Of a stretch of 64,000 nucleotides of DNA, positions 56,188-64,000 are shown piece by piece. The DNA is from Rebecca billardiae RCC1528 (Eukaryota > Protista > Haptophyta). Within the stretch, counting starts at the first letter, position 1; each line of letters starts with the position of its first letter. The stretch is taken from the NCBI GenBank assembly GCA_965240325.2, contig OZ251223.1, positions 3,038,001 to 3,102,000 of the forward strand. The letters are read 5' to 3'. A program made the position numbers and the translations under genes. Under the pieces are notes generated by a model. The model did no database searches and was not told the origin of the DNA. It saw only the letters and a list, made by a program, of their open reading frames with translations.

Positions 56188-59100
56188 TCAGAAGAGCGCG
56201 GAGCTGCGCGACCCATGGCCGGCGCCGGGCGCGTGTAGCCCACGCAATCGTCGCCGGTGGCTCGGCGCTTCGTGCCCAAAGTCGATGAGGCCGGCGATGT
56301 GCCGCGGCACGTCGAGCGCGCGGCGCAGCTGGCTGCCGAGGTCTTGCATGCTCACCTCCTCGTGCACGCCCTCGCGCAGCGGCACGGCGAGCGCGCCAAA
56401 CACCGCGTCCGCCACGCGCGCCGCGCGCACTTCGGCGGGCGCCGACATGAGCACGTGCCGGAACTCCGCGGAGAGCGGCAGGTCAGGCTCGTCGAGCAGC
56501 GCGCTCACGATCGGCACGGCGTGCGAGTCCGGCGCGGCGTGAGCGGGCGGTTCTCTCGCGGCCTCGGCGTCGGCGCCCGTGCCGGCGGCTGCGCTCACGG
56601 CCGCAATCAGCGCCGGCACGAGCTCGGGCGATCGCGGCCACGTGACGAGCAGCCGCTGGGCGCGGCCGCCAAACGGCTTGCCGACCAGTGACGCTCTGGT
56701 GACGCGCCTGCCGATCACCGACGGGCGCCCGCCGTGCGCGCTGCCGACGACGTGCGCGGGCGCGCGCGGCAGCTGCAGCAGGTCCAGCTCGAGGTCGCGC
56801 GCGATGTGCGCGAGCGGAATGGGCGTGGCGACGGGCAGCGAGAGCGCGCGCTTGTCTGCAAGCACGTGGACACGCACGAGCGCTCGGCTCTCGAGCCCAC
56901 GCAGCTCCGGCCAGGCCGCGTCCGTGGCCGCGTCATCCTGCTGGCGCACACCACCAGTGGCGGCGGCGGCAGCCGTGCCGGCCGCGCCGCCGTGCCGCAC
57001 GGCGCGCCGTGCGTTCGCCCGCATGTGCGCGAGCGACTCCGCGGCCGCGGCGGTCGAGCTGTCGAGCGCGCTCAGCAGCGTGCGCAGCTGCGCGGCCGTG
57101 TCGAGCGCGCACCCGTACCCAAAGGTGTCGGCCTGCAGGAGCAGCAGCAGCGCGCTCGGCGCGGGCGCTGCGGACGCTGGCGCGCGCGCGCCGGCAGGCG
57201 TGCACTCGGCGAGGTGCGTGCTGGAGAGCGGCACGACAGCGCGCGCCGCAGCGGCCGAGCGCGCCGCCCCCTTATCCGCCCGCGCGGCCGAGCCGAGCGC
57301 GGCACCCGCCTCACGCGCGGTCGCGCGCAGCAGGAGGTGCTCGCTGAGGAGGCCGTGGACCAGACTGCGCAGCGCGTCGAGCCGCGCGGCGCTGGCCGAC
57401 ACCACGCGCGCTCCCTCGCCCATGCGGGCGGCCCCGGTGCCCAGCTGCAGCGTGTGCGCGCGTGCGCGCCCAGCCACGCCGTGCGCGCTCGGTGCCGCGA
57501 CGGGCCGCGCTGGCGGCGGGTCGAGGGAGCCCGCGGCTCGCAGCACCTCGGCGATCGCGACGAGCGTGGCGTCGAGGTACGCTCGCTCGCGGCGCCACGG
57601 GATCGGCTCGCCCGCCCACACGCGCCCGAGCGCGCTCGCGCCCTTGGCCTCCGAGCCTACCGGCGGGAGCGGCAGCGCGGCCTCGGATGTGCGCCGATGA
57701 TGGCCGAGCGCGCTCGGCCGGCGCGCGGGCCCTGCTGGCCGCGCTGGCTCGGGCGTGGGCTCTGGGAAGAGCTGCTCGGCGGCCGCAGCCACGAGCTCGT
57801 CGCCGCACGCGCGGCACGCGGCGCGCAGCTGCGCAACACTCACCGCGCCGTGCAGCGCGCTCGTCTCGTGCACCACCGCGATCGGCAGCGCCGCCTCGAG
57901 CGCCGCCCTGACCTCCCTCAGGCAGTTGCCGGAGGAGAAGAAGCCCTCGGAGAGAAACAGCACGACTGCGGCGGAGGCGCGCACGGTCGCCTCGAGCTGG
58001 CCGAGGTGGGTGAGCGAGTCGACGTCGAGGAAGACGCGCAGCCCGGGCAGGAGGCCTTCGAGCTCCTTCTTGAGCGCCTTCGCCTGGTCCTGCCCCGAGC
58101 GCCACACCTGCGCCCGCGCGCGCGCGTTGTGCCGAGGAGCACGGCACGGCAGGGCAGCGCGGGCGGTGGTGAGCGCACGCGCGCGCGGCGCGGGCGGCGG
58201 CGAGTCGCGGGGCGCGGCGACGCCCAGCGTGCGCTCCAGGCCGGCGCGCGCGTACGTGTGAGATGAAGCAGTGGTACTGCACGTGCTCATCCCGGCCACC
58301 GGTGTCCGCCCTGCCCGCGGCCGCCCTGCTCGGCTTCAGGCCGGACGCGCCGGCAGCGCCGACGCCGCCGGCTGAGCCGGCCTGCGCGTAGTAGTTTGCG
58401 GGCTGGAGCGGCGCCGCCACGACGCGCTCGCCCGACTCGGCTGCGCGCAGCACCACCTGCAACCGCTCGCGCTGGATCTCGTACGGCACGATTGCGATCG
58501 CTGCGAGCGCGACCACCGCGACCGCCGCCGTGAGGAAGGCCCCCAGCGACTTCTCGTACAGCAGCGTGCGCAGCGCGTCTGCGCTCAGGCTGCTCGCCGG
58601 CTGCTCGGGGGTGGGCGCGCGCAGGTCGTCGATCGCGGTGTCGTCCGCGGTGAGGTGCACGCACAGCGCGCCGACGAAGACGAAGAGCATCGCCACGTGC
58701 GACAGCAGCAGCACCGCGTTGTTGTCCGCCGAGTTGAGCGGCCGCACCCACGCGACCATGAGCGCGTGCACCGTCTGCAGGAAGAGTGCGCACAGCAGCT
58801 GCGTGAACGTCGCGTACTCGGCCGCGCCCTCGTGCGCGTGGCTGATGCCGGCGATCGGCAGCGACCAGGCGCGCACGATGACGATGCCGCCGACCAGCAT
58901 CGCCTGCCGCGCCGCCTCCACCGCCTCCCACCAGATCGTCTCGACTCGATACCCGACGCCCAGCAGCCGCACGGGGCTGAGCCCACCCAGCGGCCCGCGG
59001 CGCAGCAGCACAAACAGGAGCAGCGGCAGCGCGGCCGCGTACAGCAGCGAGCCCACCGCGGCGAAGGGGAGGTGGCGCGCGTGCTCGGCCGAGTCGAAGC

Positions 59101-62100
59101 GCACGCGGTAGTCCGTGCGCAGGTACAGCGGCGGCGGCCACGCCTCGGAGTCGACCGCCTCCGTGTTGAACGCGGCGAAGAGGCTGGCGGAGGCGGTGGG
59201 CAGCACGAGGTACGCGCACAGCAGCACCGGACGCCACACCGCCTCGCTGAGCGAGAGCCTCGGGTCGGCCGAGCCGGCGGCGTGGTCGACGGCCGAGCGC
59301 GCCGCGCCGCGCGCAGCCGATGGCAGCCAGCGCGCGCGCGCGCGCGCCCAGAGCACGTGCACCGCCCACGCGCCGCCCGCGAGCGCGAGCACGAGGAGCG
59401 GCGCGAGCGCGAGCGGGTAGAGCGCCTGGTGGTACCCCTGCCAGGGCAGGTAGCATGAGAGACCGTGCACGTACAGCTTGTCGAAGCTGAGCGCGCTCAG
59501 GCGCGAGAGGAGGCGGCGGAACGAGCGCGGCAGCCGCACCGAGTACACTGGCTGGATCAGCAGCAGCACCTGCGCGGAGGAGAGGAGCGAGCGGCCCGCC
59601 ACCTTGGCCGACGCGACCGTGCGCGCGCTCCACGCCTCGCGCACCAGCCGAGTTGCCGCCCAGCCTCCGCCGTGGGACGCGGCGTCACGGCCGTGCGCGC
59701 CGGACGCGCCCAGGCGGCCCCACACGCGCTCAGCCGCGCGAGTGTGCCACGCCACCGCCCACAGGATGCCGCAGAGCACCGGCATCGTCGCGATGAGCCA
59801 GCGCGAACGCGCGCTCTGCGTGCACGGCACGCACTGGCCGTCGCGAGCCTCGTACAGACCACCGAGGCAGCCCGCGCAGTACGGACCGGTCCGGCCGGGT
59901 GCGCACAGCCCGTCGGCGGCCGTGCTGCGATTCGAGCTCGCGCCGACGCACGCACTCGGGCCAAGCAGGCAGCGCCGCACGTCGGCGGTGTCTGCGCGCG
60001 CACGCCACCAGCCGGGGCGCACGACCATCGTCTCGACCGTCGTGCCGACGGGGCAGTCGGCCGAGCTGTTGCACGCGTAGCACCGCCGCGCGCCGCCTGC
60101 CTCGACCCGCTCGAACGTGCGGGCCGGGCACACGCACTCCGCAGCGGACGAGGCACCGAGCACAGCCGTCGTCATGTGCGCGTCGAGGAGCTCAGTCGAC
60201 GCGCAAGGCACGCACCGCTCCCGCCCTGCGGCCGGGCGGAAGCTGCCAGCCTCGCACGCGTGGCACACGTCGCCGATGCGCTCGGCGCCCGCGGGGCACG
60301 GCGCCCGGTACTTGAACACGCCGCGCAGCGTGGTCTCGTCCTCGGCTGCAAACGTCCGCTTCGGCGGCGCGTGGCCTGGCGACACGCCCGTCTTCAAGTG
60401 GCCGGGCCCCTGGCTGCCGGAGGGGCCGGCGTGGTCGTGTGCGATGGACGTGCCGATGGCGACGCGCACGTCGAGGGGCTCGCTGAGGTCGCCGCCGGGG
60501 GCGGCCGAGGCCGCCGGCGGCACGACGCACCAGATGAATTTCATGGACATCCTGCCCTGCTGCGTGCACGGCGCGGCACCGGCCCACACACGCAGCTCAT
60601 CGCACGGCGGCGCGCACGCGGTGCTGCCGAAGCCGAAGCCACTCACGATCAGCACATCCCCGCCAGCGGGCTCGAAATCGTCTGCGCGCGGCAGCAGCTC
60701 GAGCAGCTCGAGCTCGCGCGCCTTCGTCGGCGGCGACGGCGGTGACGTGACGATCGGCTTGAGCGCGGAGCACGGCACGTTCCACATCGCTTCCACGCCC
60801 TGGCGCACGCTCTCTAGCCTGACCACGCACATTGCTGTCAGGAGGTGCACTTCCATCACCTCGGCGGGCAACTGTTGATAGCCTGGTAGTTCCACGAAGA
60901 CGTAGGTGCCCAGGGGAAAGGGGTCGAAGAAGGGCCCAACGCGCCCCTCGGGCAGGCCCCGCAGCAGCTCGCCGCTGCCTGTCAGCTGCACGTCGTACGT
61001 GAGCGCGCTGTGGTTGCGCGAGGACACCCACGCCTCTGCGAGCCCGCCGTCGTCGAGCACGACGCGCACATGCTCGAGCAAGAGCTGCGGAGGCGGAGAC
61101 AACGGAGGTTCGAGACCGCCCGGCGGTGGTGCCGCCGGCGGCGGCGCCATCAGCTCCACGCCGTCGAAAAGCACCCACGCGGTGCTGTCATCGTAGTACG
61201 TGATCTTGTACCTGCCTCGCCCCGCCAAGACCTCAGAGACGGTGCCCTCAAACTTCACCTCGCGATTTTGATTGTACGGCCATTCGGCCATGACACGCGT
61301 GCCGACCGGGAAGGGCTCGTACTCTCGCCGCACACGCACCATCGGCAGCCCCAGCAGCACCTCGCCGCTGTCGAGCCGCACGTCATACTCGCGCGAGCCC
61401 CGATCGTGAGCGAGGACGTCTCCGCCGGACGACTGGCCGCTGTCGAGCTCGACCAGCACGCGAGTCCCGTCGTCGAAGAGCATGGGCGGCAATGGCGGCG
61501 GCGAGAGCGGCGGCGGCGGCGGCGGGGGGGGGGGCGGCGGCGCCGGCGTCTGCACATTGACCCAGCTGTCTGGCACGTCAGAAGAGACGGTGCCATCCTG
61601 CTCCCACTCGATCGTGTAGGTCCGCTCGCAGAGGTGCACGCCACGCACCCGCCCGGCCCACTTTGGGGTAGGGCTCCCCTGCGGTGGCCAGCCTGCCATG
61701 ACCGGCGTGCCGACGGGGAGGGCGTCAAAGTATGGGCACACGAGAGCCGTGCCGACCGGTACATGCTCATGCTCGCGCCGCACACGCACCATCGGCAGCC
61801 CCAGCAGCACCTCGCCGCTGTCGAGCCGCACGTCATACTCGCGCGAGCCCCGATCGTGAGCGAGGACGTCTCCGCCGGACGACTGGCCGCTGTCGAGCTC
61901 GACCAGCACGCGAGTCCCGTCGTCGAAGAGCATGGGCGGCAATGGCGGCGGCGAGAGCGGCGGCGGCGGCGGCGGCGGGGGGGGGGGCGGCGGCGGCGCC
62001 GGCGTCTGCACATTGACCCAGCTGTCTGGCACGTCAGAAGAGACGGTGCCATCCTGCTCCCACTCGATCGTGTAGGTCCGCTCGCAGAGGTGCACGCCAC

Positions 62101-62416
62101 GCACCCGCCCGGCCCACTTTGGGGTAGGACTCAACTGCGGTGGCCAGCCTGCCATGACCGGCGTGCCGACGGGGAGGGCGTCAAAGTATGGGCACACGAG
62201 CACCATCGGCACGTCTCGCACCACCGTGCCGTCACCCAGCCGCACCGAGTAGGTGAGCGCGTTGTCGTCGCGCGAGGACACCCAGCCCTCAGAGACCCCG
62301 CCATCGTCCTGTCGGACGAGCACGTGCTGTGATGAACCCGCCCAGGCTGAAGCCGGCGGAGGCGGTGACGTCGACACCGCCACAGCGAGCAGCAGCCCGG
62401 TGATCGTCGCCATCAT
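56188..62416 (-). CDS. Large multi-pass membrane receptor-like protein: signal peptide, Tudor-like repeats, IPT/TIG, Cys-rich (GCC2/GCC3-like), about 7-8 TM, cytosolic TIR domain
   Basis: Exons 62416-58256 and 58107-56188 (intron 58255-58108, in frame). The spliced TIR reads YHCFISH|VWRSGQDQA..LK..L....PGLRVFLDVDSL..LG.LE..V.AS..V.LFLS.GFF.S.NCLREV. Confidence 0.85.
61326..62200. repeat. Near-identical in-frame tandem duplication of about 420 bp (period 450-456 bp) within the receptor ectodomain
   Basis: 61326-61744 matches 61776-62200, differing mainly in the poly-Pro codon run and a few substitutions. Confidence 0.95.
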
Positions 62417-62483
62417 TGTGGGCTCACAATTGACGAACAGGCAGGGCTCGAGAGGGCCGAGGCCCGGGGAACTTACAGTCAGA

Positions 62484-62540
62484 CCGTCTGAATCGGCCCC
62501 CTCGCTCAGACCGGTCTGAGCGAGGGCCCGATTCAGACGG
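62484..62540. promoter_or_regulatory. 57-bp near-perfect palindrome about 70 bp upstream of the TIR receptor start
   Basis: ccgtctgaatcgg-cc-ccctcgctcagacc|ggtctgagcgaggg-c-ccgattcagacgg. The structure is seen directly; a regulatory role is inferred. Confidence 0.5.
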
Positions 62541-64000
62541 TTTTTGTTTCCGCCCCACTGGCGAGCGCGCTGCGGGACGCACCGCGCTGGGGGCGGTGCA
62601 CACTGCACTCACGGCGCGCCGCGATGTGTTCGGGCGGTGGATGGGGCTGAATCGGCCGAGAGTGACGGTGCGATCGGCCGCGATGCGTCTGCCATCACCC
62701 AGTGATCTCGTGCGGTGCCAGCTCGCCCTTCGCTTCGTCGCCACTCGCACTCGCACCAGTCGCGCGCGTTCATGGCTTGCCGTTCGCGCGCTGTGTTCTC
62801 GCGCAGTGTGTGCTTGGCAGCAGGGTGCTCGTGGCCGGTGGTTGCCGTCGCGGAGGATCGGAATGTGCGCAGCTACGCTACATCCCAGACGCCATGTGCC
62901 CGTCCTCGTCGAGCGTTGGAGAGACACGCGTGTCGCGCATGCGCTCGCGGAAGCAGGCTGCACAGCGGCGCGCGGGCCTGGCTGCGCGCGCATGACAAGG
63001 TGCACCACACAGCTGCCCCCGCCATGAGCACCAGCTGTGTACGCACCTCTTTTGTGTTGTCTGATCCGCCAGGCCGCCACGGCGCAGAGACTGCGTGCGT
63101 GAGACACCGACAGTCAGCGGCCACGGCGCACACAGGTCACTGGCACATGCCAATATGCCATGGCGTGCAGCAGCTGATGCAGCCGTTGCTGCAGCTTCGA
63201 TTGATGAAACAGCAGCAGCGCCGGTGGCAGTCACCCCAATCGCTGCCACTGGCACACCCGTACTCGCCAACAGCACTCGCAGCCCTTGCACCTCCGGCAG
63301 CTGTGGCACGATGCTCGGCTGAGCGGCGGCAATAGGCACTGTCGTCCGAGCAGCCGCGCGCGCGCTCCTTCGCGGGCGCGCTGTCGCGGGAGTGCTGCTC
63401 CAAGGACCAGCAGCTGGTGCAGATGTTGCGGCTGAGACAGCAACTGCTGTTGCTCGTGTTGGTAGCCTCAACGCAGCCGTACTAGCGTTATGAGGGGAGA
63501 TGACTTGTGGAATGGGAATTGCTGCAGCCACTTTTTATTCCGCCATTTATTTTTATTAAAAGCAGCTTGCAGTTGCAGCAGAGTCAGAGACTTAGCGTGT
63601 CAGAAGCTGTCCCGCAGGGCTCAACTCGTCACGTACAGCGTCGGCGCTCGGAGCCTCGGGAGTTTGCACCAACCGGGCGTGGTGGGCGTGTCCCGCGCGG
63701 CGCGCAGCGCAGCGCTGTACGTGGGCGAGACAGCCGCGTCCGCGTCTCGCACTTCGGCGGCGGTGCCGAGGGCGGAGGCCGCCCGCCGCGTGCCTGACGG
63801 CAGCGCCTCAAGCAGCGCAGTCCCATGCGCATGCAGACGGGTGCGACGGCAATGGCGGTGGGTTTCGCAACGTGCACAGCGTCAGAAGCTCGGCACCTGA
63901 TCCGCCCAGCTGCAGCAATAGCACCATCGGTCTGGCGCCTGGCGCTCAGTGGGCGGCGTGTCGGGCGGATGCAGATGCACTTGCCGTCTGAATCAGGACG

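Noticed and set aside
63620-64000. 3' end of a further minus-strand gene at the window edge
   Set aside because: No recognisable motif or unambiguous frame within the available sequence.

Overview
High-GC eukaryotic nuclear DNA with short (about 100-220 nt) GC-rich GT-AG introns. Composition and gene content suggest a haptophyte alga, possibly Pavlovales; this is inference, not verified. About 21 protein-coding genes are supported, many in tight head-to-head pairs: UTP21/WDR36 (partial), NDUFB8, a PH-ORD-TM oxysterol-binding protein, a patatin/cPLA2-type lipase, two divergent Fe(II)/2OG oxygenases (BesD/HalD-like and PhyH-like), a GT47 exostosin, Nup133, an FN3-helical-SET protein, a MAPR cytochrome-b5 protein, an orphan, USO1/p115, ZIP, EamA and SLC6 transporters, an HpcH/HpaI aldolase, an F-box/RCC1 protein, a synthetase-only RelA/SpoT homolog, an ARM/IQ protein and a large multi-pass membrane receptor with a TIR domain. 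The top finding is one uninterrupted ORF (50121-52328) that fuses a BPHL/valacyclovirase-type serine hydrolase to a DsyB/DSYB-type methyltransferase (DMSP synthesis), behind a mitochondrial-type presequence. The second is the TIR receptor, which has a recently duplicated Tudor-like ectodomain. Longer intergenic tracts hold microsatellites and decayed repeats. No tRNA, rRNA or CRISPR array was seen. All family calls rest on motif recognition by eye.
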